Part shown: piece by piece, positions 30,457 through 41,115 of the stretch
Layout of the letters: the number at the start of each line of letters is the position of its first letter
Position numbering within the stretch: position 1 is the stretch's first letter
Source of the DNA: Caecitellus pseudoparvulus
Lineage: Eukaryota > Protista > Bigyra: Bicosoecida
Assembly (NCBI GenBank): GCA_965644315.1
Contig: CBFFRQ010000084.1
Location: forward strand, 33,480-97,479
Length of the DNA stretch: 64,000 nt
Direction: 5' to 3'
The notes under the pieces: generated by a model
What the model saw: only the letters and a program-made list of their open reading frames with translations
What the model was told of the DNA's origin: nothing
The model's database searches: none
Translations under genes and position numbers: made by a program

Positions 30457-33400
30457 ATGGGCGACTTTCGCCCGATGCCGGGTGGGCGTGGTGGCGGCAT
30501 CGATGCAGACGTCGCAGCCCCTGCTCGGCAGCAGACGCAGCACTGGGTGCACTCTGTCCACCAGCTCTTTGCACGCCCTTCACGGCCAATGGCCACGAAG
30601 CTCCAGGCGTTTCGCCGAGCTTTCCCTCCGAATGAACGCGTTTTGGAGGTTCGGGACCGCTTCACCGAGTTCCCGACCCGCCCGATGAACCATTGGTCTG
30701 CCCAACACCGGGCAGCACTGCTGGGCCTTCCTTCTGAAGCGCTCCCACCAAGCCAAGAGGCTGAGCAGACGCTTGCAGCCAGCATACAGGGTGGTGTACG
30801 TGGCATGTCGCTGCCGATGCCAGTGCCTGGGGCGCAGGGGGGTGGCATGTCGCTGCCGATGCCAGTGCCTGGGGCGCAGGGGGGTGGCATGTCGCTGCCG
30901 ATGCCAGTGCCTGGGGCACAGGGGGGTGGCATGTCGCTGCCGATGCCAGTGCCTGGGGCACAGGGGGGTGGCATGTCGCTGCCGATGCCAGTGCCTGGGG
31001 CGCAGGGGGGTGGCATGTCGCTGCCGATGCCAGTGCCTGGGGCGCAGGGGGGTGGCATGTCGCTGCCGATGCCAGTGCCTGGGGCGCAGGGGGGTGGCAT
31101 GTCGCTGCCGATGCCAGTGCCTGGGGCGCAGGGGGGTGGCATGTCGCTGCCGATGCCAGTGCCTGGGGCACAGGGGGGTGGCATGTCGCTGCCGATGCCA
31201 GTGCCTGGGGCGCAGGGGGGTGGCATGTCGCTGCCGATGCCAGTGCCTGGGGCGCAGGGGGGTGGCATGTCGCTGCCGATGCCAGTGCCTGGGGCACAGG
31301 GGGGTGGCATGTCGCTGCCGATGCCAGTGCCTGGGGCACAGGGGGGTGGCATGTCGCTGCCGATGCCAGTGCCTGGGGCACAGGGGGGTGGCATGTCGCT
31401 GCTCACGGCGGGAATGCTGATGGGTGAAGGTTTCAAGTTACCCGCGCCTGGTCAAGCGCATCCCGTCACGGGCAGTTTCGCTGGGAGTGCGGTCAGTCAG
31501 GGATTTATCGAGCACGGCGGTCATCATGCATCGAAGCGCAGGGCAGTTGCCCTTGAATCTTCGCCGGAGCCCTTGGCGTCGCAAAGTAAGCGTAGGGTGT
31601 TTCGAGGGCCGGAGACGTCCGAGCAAACGGCCGTCGACGGACCGTTCACAACCGATGGCGAGCTCCTCACAGTCATGGACATTGCTTGTGCCTCTGGGCA
31701 GACTTCAGTTGCCTTGGCTCTCATGGCGCACGGGGCCGACTTCAAGCAAATGCGCAGGCTAGCAAGTCACCGTGAACTGACGATGGACGACGTCGTAGCC
31801 TTGGACGCCGCGTCTGAGGATGGAAAGTACGCAGATCTGAGTGCTCGCGGCATCCAGTTGGCGATACAGCACGACCAGCGCACGTTTCTTGCCGGAGCGC
31901 TTGTCGACCCCTGGGCCCGGGTGGGCTTGACGCGCCTGCCCGCCGGTGAGGGCATGGCAGAGATCGAGGACTATACGATGTGTGCTCTGTCCTTTGCCAT
32001 GCTTCTGGGCAAGAAGGGCATTGCAGAGGACCTTTGGTCACGCATGCGAGGCTCCACTCCCCGCCCAAGCAACGGACCTCGCGCAGACGTGCTGGCAGAA
32101 GTGTTGGCCATGGCTGCGCTTGTCGGAGACGAGGCCATGGTGCAGGAGTTGCTGGAGGCGGGCGCACACATAGTGACATCCGAACCCGTCATTTGCAGCG
32201 CTCCATGCAAGGCTGACGCTCTCAGGAGAGGTAGGGATGCGGAGCTCGCCCCGCGGGCGGCCTTGCAGATGTTTGGGCCAAGCATCCGGGATGCGTTGGA
32301 GGGCAACGTGTGCGGGCTGCACATTGATGCTGTGTCGGTCTGCATTATGAAGCAAGACCATGTTATGCTGCGGAAGCTGCTGTCATGGGACTCAGGCTAC
32401 CCTTTCTCATTGTCTGAAGGGTCCCACCTAGCAGCAGCAGTGGCGACGAAGAACTTGACTGCCTTGGAGGCATTGCTTGGTGACGAGCGGTTCAACTCCT
32501 CCTGGCGCTCTGAAGTTGCAGTGCAGGTGCCAAAACGCGACGCTCGTGAGGAAGTTGCGCACTTTCCCAGCGATTGCCCACCTGAGCGCCGGCCTGAATC
32601 CAAGAGCAAGAGGGTAGGTGTTCGAACTCTCTTGGAGGCAGTTGTATTGGAGGGGTGGACTGAGGGCCTATCCTTTGTCCTAGACAAGGCAAGCACTGTA
32701 CGCTGGTGGAAGTTGGACTCGTCGGTCTTGGATGACGGGTGGGACCTGAAACTTGGCCGACGGCTCCGAGCGCCTGACCGTGGCGCGGCTTTCATTGACG
32801 AACATGGGAACGTTGAGCATGAAGGAGATGAAGAAGCCTTTGGAGCAGATGTCAGGCCCGATTATTTTGACGAGTTTGGCAACGAAGTGGGCCCTGATCA
32901 CCCCGGAGCTCATGCCGTGTTCCACGTGGGGCAAGGATGGCGCGAAGGGCCGCCGCCGCAGCAAGCACGACGTCGTCCTCGCAAAGACGTCGAGGTCAAT
33001 ATTTTGCACCTTGCGGCAGCTTGCCGTGCTCCAAGTGCAGGCGAAGTGCTGCGCAAGCTCTTTGTGGCTCTGGGGGCACAGGGTCAGAGTGACCTGTTGC
33101 GTCAGCTGTGCACAGCTTGTGTCTCGAGTGCCAGTCTAACGCAGCACGTGATGCGGGGGAGTGTTGGCGAAGGGGACGGGCCTGGGCTTGACTTAGAGTT
33201 CTCCGCATCACCAGTGAGCATCGCGCTGCTGGAAGGGCACTTGTCTAGTATTGACGCCTTCATGATGCACGCAGGGTGCGTTCAGGAAGCCCTCTCTCCA
33301 AGCCCCGCAGTTTCCCGTCAAGACCCCTTCCGCGCGGGCATCATCCAAGCACTTGGGCTGCTGTCGAAGCGAGCAAGCGCAGTGGACCGCATGCCGCCAA

Positions 33401-35235
33401 CGCTTCGTCAGAGCTATCTTCTTAAGGGCACTGTTGGAGGGCAGCTTTCGACAGAGTACTTGTCAACCCTTCGTCGTGACCCCGCAGAGGCGGTGTTTTC
33501 GTTCATTGCGCATGGTGGCCTGGTGTCTGGGCTGCTGGAAGCCCCACCCCCCAAACCGCACTCAGGTCGCCCCAGTGCCAAGGCCCTGCTGCGGAAAGTG
33601 ACGTGGTTTCAGTTGTTGGGCTTGGCTGCCACGAGCAAGCACGTCTCACTGAAGCGCGCCCTGCTCGCAACGCCTGTGCCTGTGGAGTGGGTAAACTACT
33701 TTTTCGGGACATGCCCACCACTGGCTGTGTTCGCAGCGCAAGGCGACGACGAAGCAGTGGCTGCCCTGCTGGGGCATGGCGCTCAGCTGTTCTCAAGCTT
33801 GCCGCTGTTCTCTGACGAAGCTGACCAGCCGCAGCAGCCAATGATGTTCGGGATGGGCGGAGGGGGGCAGAATCGCACGCCTACCGTGGGCGGCTTGACA
33901 GACGCAGTGGTTGCCATGGTGGCACAGGCTGCACATGATGTCATTGTCGTCGGACTTCGACCCAATCGCATTCTTCGAGTGTACGCAGAAGCGGTGGCCA
34001 GCGCCGTGCCAAAGAGTGTGCATCCCACGCAACTTTGGTGGGGCCACCTGTTCCAAATGTACCAAGAGCGCACAAATGCGCAGCTCTTGTGTACATCGGG
34101 AGTGCTCCCACCTGAGCAACGCGTTGCAGCTCTGGAGTCTGCGATTGGCATGACATTCCCCGACCTGCTCAAGCTGCAGCTTCGTGCCACCTGCGAGCCC
34201 TTGACAGCCCGGCCAGGCCCCTTGCCACAGACCCCCTTCGGGTTTCCAGCGGCGCGCCCCTCCTGCAACTGTGTGCTGAGGTTTGCCACGGTGTTGGACT
34301 GCTTGCGTGGCACTCCTGAGGAGCAAGGTGAGGAATCCTGGCTGCTGCGGCGGGTCGTGCAAGTGCTGTACGAGAGCGGGGCCTTGAAAGGCAGCGGGGA
34401 CTTCACCCTCAATTCCCCCGGAATTTTCAATCCCATGCAAGAAGAACGAATTGGGGGCCAGTTTGCTGAATTTGCTGAGCGTGCTGGCGCGATATCAGGC
34501 GGCGTGTTCACGATGGTGGCCAATATGTGGGAGGCAGACGCCCGCCTGCCACACGCTCTGGCCCTCGTACTGCGGGAGGAAGTGGTGGTGATGGACGATC
34601 ACCACGTACGAGACATGGTTATGCAAGCTGTCAGCAAGTCGTCTGGCCTGTGGGACGCTGTTGCAGGCCTGCAGTGCGTGCGCAAGTGGGCTGAGCGCAA
34701 GGCGCCCCATGCTTCTCCACACCTCCTGCAAATGTGGACTAGACAGAGCACGACCCGTGGAATACAAATGCGGGTGCAGGGGGGACTGCCTGGTCGCCGG
34801 CAGAGCAGCGAGAGAGCACGCCGGCTGAACATAGGCTGGTCAGGGGGCGTTGTGGAGCGCCTGTGCAAGCTTGGGCTGCTTCAGCGCCAGTTCATGTCAG
34901 GCTTGGATGCATACTACGGCAGGTGGCAGGTGTTGATGCTGGCTGACGGTGTGTCAGAAGCATTGGCGGGGGGACGGTTGGAGTACATTTCAGAGTCTCA
35001 TGTGGCCGAAGCCTTGCTGGATGCTGCTAACATGGGGTACGGGAAGAAGTTTCTGGCCGCCGTCAGCGCACCGCCCAACCTTCTGTCCGGAGCCCTTCGA
35101 GCTCTGCTGCGTGGGGGCTTCCCTCGTTCTGATGATCTGCTGCAAGAAGCGGCGGCCACTTCGCCCCGCCTGGTGCGGGACGTGCAGTGGGAAGCCCGCA
35201 GAGCCCTGGTGTTGTTCCGGGCTGGGAACACTTGA
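30457..35235 (+). CDS. Large, apparently intronless protein with degenerate ankyrin repeats and an N-terminal 14-aa tandem repeat
   Basis: Single ORF of ~1,590 aa. Ankyrin-like segments: TVMDIACASGQTSVALALMAHGAD, LAMAALVGDEAMVQELLEAGA, NILHLAA, PPLAVFAAQGDDEAVAALLGHGA. Confidence 0.7.
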   Translation: MGDFRPMPGGRGGGIDADVAAPARQQTQHWVHSVHQLFARPSRPMATKLQAFRRAFPPNERVLEVRDRFTEFPTRPMNHWSAQHRAALLGLPSEALPPSQEAEQTLAASIQGGVRGMSLPMPVPGAQGGGMSLPMPVPGAQGGGMSLPMPVPGAQGGGMSLPMPVPGAQGGGMSLPMPVPGAQGGGMSLPMPVPGAQGGGMSLPMPVPGAQGGGMSLPMPVPGAQGGGMSLPMPVPGAQGGGMSLPMPVPGAQGGGMSLPMPVPGAQGGGMSLPMPVPGAQGGGMSLPMPVPGAQGGGMSLPMPVPGAQGGGMSLLTAGMLMGEGFKLPAPGQAHPVTGSFAGSAVSQGFIEHGGHHASKRRAVALESSPEPLASQSKRRVFRGPETSEQTAVDGPFTTDGELLTVMDIACASGQTSVALALMAHGADFKQMRRLASHRELTMDDVVALDAASEDGKYADLSARGIQLAIQHDQRTFLAGALVDPWARVGLTRLPAGEGMAEIEDYTMCALSFAMLLGKKGIAEDLWSRMRGSTPRPSNGPRADVLAEVLAMAALVGDEAMVQELLEAGAHIVTSEPVICSAPCKADALRRGRDAELAPRAALQMFGPSIRDALEGNVCGLHIDAVSVCIMKQDHVMLRKLLSWDSGYPFSLSEGSHLAAAVATKNLTALEALLGDERFNSSWRSEVAVQVPKRDAREEVAHFPSDCPPERRPESKSKRVGVRTLLEAVVLEGWTEGLSFVLDKASTVRWWKLDSSVLDDGWDLKLGRRLRAPDRGAAFIDEHGNVEHEGDEEAFGADVRPDYFDEFGNEVGPDHPGAHAVFHVGQGWREGPPPQQARRRPRKDVEVNILHLAAACRAPSAGEVLRKLFVALGAQGQSDLLRQLCTACVSSASLTQHVMRGSVGEGDGPGLDLEFSASPVSIALLEGHLSSIDAFMMHAGCVQEALSPSPAVSRQDPFRAGIIQALGLLSKRASAVDRMPPTLRQSYLLKGTVGGQLSTEYLSTLRRDPAEAVFSFIAHGGLVSGLLEAPPPKPHSGRPSAKALLRKVTWFQLLGLAATSKHVSLKRALLATPVPVEWVNYFFGTCPPLAVFAAQGDDEAVAALLGHGAQLFSSLPLFSDEADQPQQPMMFGMGGGGQNRTPTVGGLTDAVVAMVAQAAHDVIVVGLRPNRILRVYAEAVASAVPKSVHPTQLWWGHLFQMYQERTNAQLLCTSGVLPPEQRVAALESAIGMTFPDLLKLQLRATCEPLTARPGPLPQTPFGFPAARPSCNCVLRFATVLDCLRGTPEEQGEESWLLRRVVQVLYESGALKGSGDFTLNSPGIFNPMQEERIGGQFAEFAERAGAISGGVFTMVANMWEADARLPHALALVLREEVVVMDDHHVRDMVMQAVSKSSGLWDAVAGLQCVRKWAERKAPHASPHLLQMWTRQSTTRGIQMRVQGGLPGRRQSSERARRLNIGWSGGVVERLCKLGLLQRQFMSGLDAYYGRWQVLMLADGVSEALAGGRLEYISESHVAEALLDAANMGYGKKFLAAVSAPPNLLSGALRALLRGGFPRSDDLLQEAAATSPRLVRDVQWEARRALVLFRAGNT
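30802..31401 (+). repeat. Coding minisatellite, 14 x 42 bp (MSLPMPVPGAQGGG)
   Basis: Unit ATGTCGCTGCCGATGCCAGTGCCTGGGGC[G/A]CAGGGGGGTGGC. ATGs at 30805 and 31393 are 588 bp apart (14 units). Confidence 0.97.
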
Positions 35236-37538
35236 TCAAACTCGGGCGCCATGCAAATGCACGTCTGGCGCACCATCCTCTTCACTGCCACTGTCATGCT
35301 CTGACCCGCTGTGCTCCGCGTCTTGCTGCGTGGTGAAGGCGTCAACTGCCTGGTGGCTGGGGCCCAGTTCCGGGCTTTGGTACGTGAGGGGGGCGTCCAG
35401 CGCATCTGAGGCAGCAAGACCGCTCTGAGCTGCCTGCGGCGCGGTGGTGGCAGCTGCCTGTGCTGCAGCCTCCGCGCGTGCCCGGCGCAGGGCACTCTCA
35501 GAGGGCGTGTACGACGCCGCTAGGATGAGGTACAGCACAGCTGCCAAGCCCATCAAGCATGCGAACAGCCAGAAGAAGGCCTGCTGGGGCAAGTGCTCGA
35601 GGGCAGAGTACAGGACGCCTGCGAGGACGTCGCCGATGCCGACGGACGCGAACCAGAACGCCAGCATGGTGGCACGCATGGTTTCTGGGGCTTGACTGAA
35701 CATCCAGGCTTGCCCGATGGTGCTGACCAAGATTTCCGCAGCGGTGATGACGATGTACTGCGGCAGCATCCACATGACGGGGATCTTGGGTTCGCCCGCG
35801 GCTTCCGCGCCGTCAATCATCGCCTGCACCAGTGCTGACAGCACGAAGGAGCCGGCGGCCAGGAACATGCCAGCGCCGATCTTCTGCATGTTGGTGGGGC
35901 GGATGCCGCAGCGGGCCAGGCCTGGGAAGATGACTTGATCGTACAGGGGGATGAAAATGAGCACCAGGGCAGGCCCCAGCACGGCGATGTTGTCAGGCTC
36001 CAAGAAGTACAAGTTCGTGCTCTTGGCCTGCAGGGTCCACGCTGAGCCTTGCTGGTCAAACAACGTCCAGAACAGCGGGAACGCGAGGAAGAAGGGGGTC
36101 ACGCCCAGGACGGCCTTGGCGCCGTCCACGACATCTCGGGGGTGGGTCGCACGAGCCACGTCGATCCAGTGTGCCCCCCGCCGCTTGTGGACAGGGGCGG
36201 ATCCGTCCACAGCGCCCTCCTCTGCGCCACGCAGCGGCAGCTGGGGAGTCTGGGGCCCCATCTCGAAGGTGTCCAGGGCAGTGCCTCCGCCAGCGCTGCC
36301 CACCCCTGCCTCAGCGTCGTCAGCATGTGGCACCAGGGCCTCTGCGGCGGCATCCACTCGTCCTGCTGGGCTGGCTGTGGCGGTGTGCAGGGCGGGGTCG
36401 CCTTGTGCCTGGGCTGCCAGGGCTTCGCCCAGCTCATGCTCGGGGCGCTGCAGGCAGCGACACGACTCGCCCCACGAGCGCATGATGAGGCCGCAAGTGG
36501 GCAGGCAGCCTCCGTTGAGGGAGCAGGCGGAGCAGACCGCGCCCAAGACCTGCAGCAGGACGCTGCCGGCGGGGGGCTGGTGCACGTACTGCTTGCGGGG
36601 CAGGGCGAAGACGAGCAAGGCCAGGGACAGCATGACGGCTGAGAGGCTAAATGCGGCGGGGAAGCCCACCTTGGCGCGCGTGAAGGGCGCCACGATGTAC
36701 GAGAAGATGCTGCCGGAGTTGATGGCGGCGTAGAAGATGAGGAAGTACTTGTCCAGGTCGGCGCTGGAGTAGTCGCCAGCGGTGTACTGCTCGGCGCCGA
36801 AGCTGGCCACACAGGGCTTGATGCCGCCGGAGCCCAGGGCGATGAGGAGGAGGCCCAAGTACATGCCCCACTCCAGGGCCTGGATGGAGGTCAGGGTGAG
36901 GATGAGGCTGCCGATGACGTACACGATGGAGAAGGAGAAAATGGTCTTGTACTTGCCAAGGTACGAGTCTGCCACCGTTCCGCCGATGAGCGGGCTGAAA
37001 TACACTGACGCCGAGAAGAAGCTGAATGTGGCGATGGCTGCGAGAGGGGGCAGGGTCAGCGCTGGGGTGGCGGCTGCGCGCTGGGGCGTGGCTGGCGCAG
37101 GCACCTCACCTGTGTGAGGGGCGAAGCCCAGCTTGTCTGTCATGTACAGCGTTAGCAAGGCTCGCATGCTGTAGTATGAGAAGCGCTCTGCTGCTTCGTT
37201 TGCGACGATGTTGTTCACGACTGGCGGGCCAGGCAACGGGCTGATGCGGGCGATGCAAGACTGTGGCTGACTGCCAGCACTCTGGCCTTTGGCGCTCCCC
37301 TGAGCATCCCAATCGTCCACAGCTTCGCTTTCGTCGTGTGCTGTTGCTCGATAGCCTGCAGGCGGCACGGCAAGTTGGCGTGGGGCGCAGGCGCAGGTGC
37401 AGTGCAGTTGGAGCAAGCATGGATTGGCTGCCGCGCAGCTCAGCAGGCCTTCGCGGCTTGCGCCGGCTGGAACCACACACCTTCATCTCCAGCACCACTT
37501 GCCAGAGCGGCGTGCTCATCCACTGCTGATGAGGCCAT
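35236..37538 (-). CDS. POT/PTR (SLC15) proton-dependent oligopeptide transporter; at least 2 introns
   Basis: ExxERFSYY (EAAERFSYY), GGTVADSYLGKYKTI, GSGGIKPCV..FG, FYAAINSGS, LFDQQGSAWTLQA and YIVITAAEIL. Confidence 0.92.
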
Positions 37539-37730
37539 GGTGCGGAAGAGCTGTGGCCGTGCGGGAGCACTGGCTTCCTTGACCCGATCGCAGTGGCACT
37601 GGCCTGGACAGCTGGAAGCAGGCAGAACCAGGCAGCCAGAGCAGGTACAACGTCAGGCTCGAGGAATCAGCCTGCACGACGGCAGCGCGTCGGTGTCAAG
37701 GATTGTGGGCAGGCTCGAGTTTTTGCCTGC

Positions 37731-38822
37731 TCATCTGCGCAGCAGTGCGCGCAGCTGCTTCTGCAGCTTGGCGCCTGCGTAGGCGGCAGACTTCTGCCAC
37801 CCAGCCGTGAGCAACCCCTTGAAGCTCTGCACGCCAGCGGGGTATGCTACCGTGCGGCTGATGTGTGTCTTCGTGGCGCGGGCGATGCCGCGCCAAGCAT
37901 CTGGCCCGCCCCCTGTGCCAGTCGCAGTCACGCTGGAGCGGATGCATGCCTGCAGGCGGGGGGGCAGGCACGCCAGCGCTTGTTGGGTGCCCAGTGGAGA
38001 GGCATCTCGCCGCAGCCAGATGGAGCGTGCCGCGGCGGCACTTGGCAGGCGTGCCAAGGCGGCAGTGGGTGACGGCGTGGCGAGGTCCACCACGCCGCCA
38101 GGCCCCACGAACGGCGCGTACAGCGCGCCAAACCTCTGCAGGTTGCCCTCCACGATGTTGGAGACCTTGGCTGGGTGCTCCCCCACCAGCATGCGGAAGT
38201 CCCCCGTGTAGCTGAGGCCGGTGATGGCACACAGCCACGACCACGCAGTGAAGGAGGGCGGCAGCATGAGGGAGGCTGCTGCCGCGGCAGCGGCCAGGTT
38301 CTGTCGTTGCGCTGCTGCAATGCGGGAAGGCAGGGGCTGCAGGGGCCGGATGGGCTTGTGCAGGCGCCCGGCCATGTACAGGGTGCGCCACTGGGCGCAG
38401 TCAGCCAGCAGGTCAGCGGTGCTGATGACGCCGTACTTGAGTTCCTGGCCTGGCCGCGCACCCTGCACACCACTGGGCATGGGCAGCAGCGTGTTGTAGT
38501 ACATGGCAGCGCCTGGGCCTTGCAGCAGCTGTACCCATCGTTCCCCCCATCCGCCAACGCCGGTGTAGTGGTCAGGGTGCAGCAGTCGATTCGCAGCATG
38601 CCACTTGGCAGTGTCGTCCACAACAAAGACAACATCCACCATCGGGGGCGGGGCAGAGTCTGCAGGTGGGTTGCAGGAGGGCCGTGAGCCACGCGGTGCG
38701 CAGCGGAAATTGCTTCCTCAGCAGCACTCACCGTCGTACCCGGTTTGCTGGAAGACGCCTGAGCCATAGCCAAAGGACCACCGCGTGGGCGGAAACTTAG
38801 ACAGAAAAGATGCAGAGTCCAT
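37731..38822 (-). CDS. TAM41: Mitochondrial phosphatidate cytidylyltransferase Tam41/Mmp37 (1 intron)
   Basis: Exon 1 FGYGSGVFQQ; exon 2 MVDVVFVVDD..WH..N..HY, KYGVI, W.TLYMAGRLHKP and GLSYTGDFRM..GE.P.KV.NIV. Confidence 0.92.
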
Positions 38823-39091
38823 GGAGAATCTACGGTCTTGGCCCTTCCTGGGGCAGCACTGCAGCCTGTGCTGAACAAGCAAGCTGCACAGTCCAGTTCA
38901 CGTGCCGAGCTGTGGTGGTGGGGAGGATGTGTCGCGTCAGCAGAGTCTGGGGCTTCAGTAATTTACAGAAAACCAACTTGTGTCCTATTCTTGCATGTAC
39001 TCACGCCAATCGAGGAAGTGAAGGTCCCTGGCCTGCTGCGCGTGGTCCGAGTGTTTGAGGAAGTTGCAGCGACTTGGGTGCACCACCTGGC

Positions 39092-41107
39092 ATGGCAGCG
39101 GCAGCGGCAGCCCCGAGAAAGGGCGTGGCGACTTCGGGCAACGTTTGCTCGTACCGCGGCAAATCTGTGGCTCTGGATGTGCACTTTGCCGTGTGGGACG
39201 GCGACCTGGGCTTGCTGCACAAGCTGCTAGCCTCGCAATGCTACGGTGCGTGTTGGGTGCGATTTCCGCACGCGGCGTCTGCGTTGCAGCGTCCGGCATC
39301 CTGCCGGAGCCGCCGTGCCAGCACTTAGCTTCTTACAGTATGCACATAGTGTCCCGTATACCCTTGTGCAGACCTGGAGACACGTGATGCGAGCGGCTTC
39401 ACGCCGTACTTGCTGGCGCTGGCCCTGGGGCGCAGCACGGCGGCAGCCATGTTGCTGGCGGCGGGCGCGTACGCCAAGGCCCGCCTGCCACACGACAAGC
39501 TGAAGGGGCTGAACGGCTTGGCGTGGGAGTGCTACCAGGTGGCAGCGCTGACGACCAACCCGCACTTGGTGCGCTCTACCGTCATGGCCATGCTGCGAGA
39601 AACCGACATCGCCTTCCAGCGGCGTGCGCCGCGCCTGGCAGAGGGCTTTGCCTCCATGCCCGACTTCGAGATGACCATGGTGTGGGAGTTCAGCTCCTGG
39701 ATCCCCTTTGTGTCCGGACTGCTGCCCAAGGACACCATGACCATTCGCAAGCGTGGCACCGCCCTGCGTATGGACAGCACCCTGCTGGGCATGTCGGGCA
39801 TGACCTGGCAGCGGGGGGATGTCAGCCAGATCGTGAGGGTGCAGGCCGAGCGCGGCAGCCACGAGGGGCAGTTCTTGCTGCTGGACAACAAGGCGCGCAC
39901 GGCAGGGGACGGGCGGGAGAGCTTCCTGTGTCCCGAAGACAAGAACGTGCAGGACTGGGTGCGCAAGGTGCTGGCCACGCCCCAGAAGGTGTCTGACTGG
40001 TGGAGCAAGGACACCACCTTCAAGCAGGTGTTCCAGAAGGGATGGTTGGGGGGCACCACCACCGACCCCAAGACTGCCGATGTGGACGTGTGGACTGGCT
40101 GCACCCTGTACGACATGGCTGGGCTGAAGCAGACAGAGCTGACGCATGCCGCCATCCGCAAGGACCTGACCCTGGCTGACTGGTGGCTGCCCGTGTACGA
40201 AAAGGCCAAGTGGGGCGCCCTTGAGGCGGGCGCCGCCCCTGACTCGGTGGACCTGCACCAGCACAGTGGCGCGCTGGTGGAGGACCGCCCCGAGGCGGGC
40301 CTGGCGCCACTGACGTCAGCCCTGGCAGCCATGGGCAGCGGAGAGGCTGGCGCCGCCACGGCTGCCGCTGCCACCAAGGCGGCGGAGGATGCGGCGGCTG
40401 GCAAGGGCGACAGCGGGCAGGGCCTGCATGGCGCCGCGGCGTCGGCGAAGACGGTGCGGCGCGTGAATTTCATGAGCCACTTCAAGGGACTCAAGGCGGG
40501 GCACGTGCTGGAGTACGACCACAACACGAACAACTACGGCGTGCCGGGCATGAAGGTGTTCCGGGGCCACAAGGACGTGGACGAGGGCGCCGTGGACGCC
40601 TTGCTCGCGGAGCTGGGGGCGGAGCCCGTGACAGGCACCGCCACGCCCGCCCCTGGCGCCACGCCGGTGCCAGGCAAGGCGCCTGCCACCACAGAGCGGC
40701 CGCCTGACTGCCCAGCAGGCGTGGCGGCGCGGGAGGGCGACCACATCGCCAGCCACAACATGGGCGTGGTGCAGGAGGCCAACACGAGTGTGGAGGAGAA
40801 GGTGATGGATTGCCAGGTGGCGTTCCACCCGAGTTTCCCCCTGACGCGGGAGCAGATGCTGCCCATCGCCGCGGCGCTGGCCCGCACGGGGGCGCACTTC
40901 GACAACTTCAAGCGCTTCTTCGAGCACCACATGCCCCCCGAGGCGGGCTTCCCTGTGCGTTTCTCCATCCCCGTCTTCCCCACCGTCACTGCCACCATCA
41001 CGTTCGGGGAGTGCAACCTGGTCACGCCAGCCGAGGAGCTGTTCAGCGTGCCGAAGGACTACGCAATGGGGGAGTACGAGGAGCAGGGCTTCATCCGGCA
41101 GCTGTAA
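39092..41107 (+). CDS. ANKRD13-family protein (ankyrin repeats plus 'GPCR-chaperone' domain; 1 intron)
   Basis: VHFAVWDGD..|..TPYLLALALG; PDFEMTMVWEFSSWIPFVS..PKDT..KRG..LRMDSTL.G..WQRG; GFPVRFSIPVFPTVTATITF. Confidence 0.85.
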
Positions 41108-41115
41108 TGCAGACG

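Noticed and set aside
30802-31401. Possible CRISPR-like array
   Set aside because: The units are contiguous with no unique spacers, it lies inside a eukaryotic CDS, and there are no cas genes.
30273-31436. Cys-rich (CRCRCQCLG) and other repeat ORFs in alternate frames of the minisatellite
   Set aside because: These are by-products of a stop-free 42-bp unit. The only variable base is synonymous in the long + strand ORF frame but changes R/H in the Cys-rich frame.
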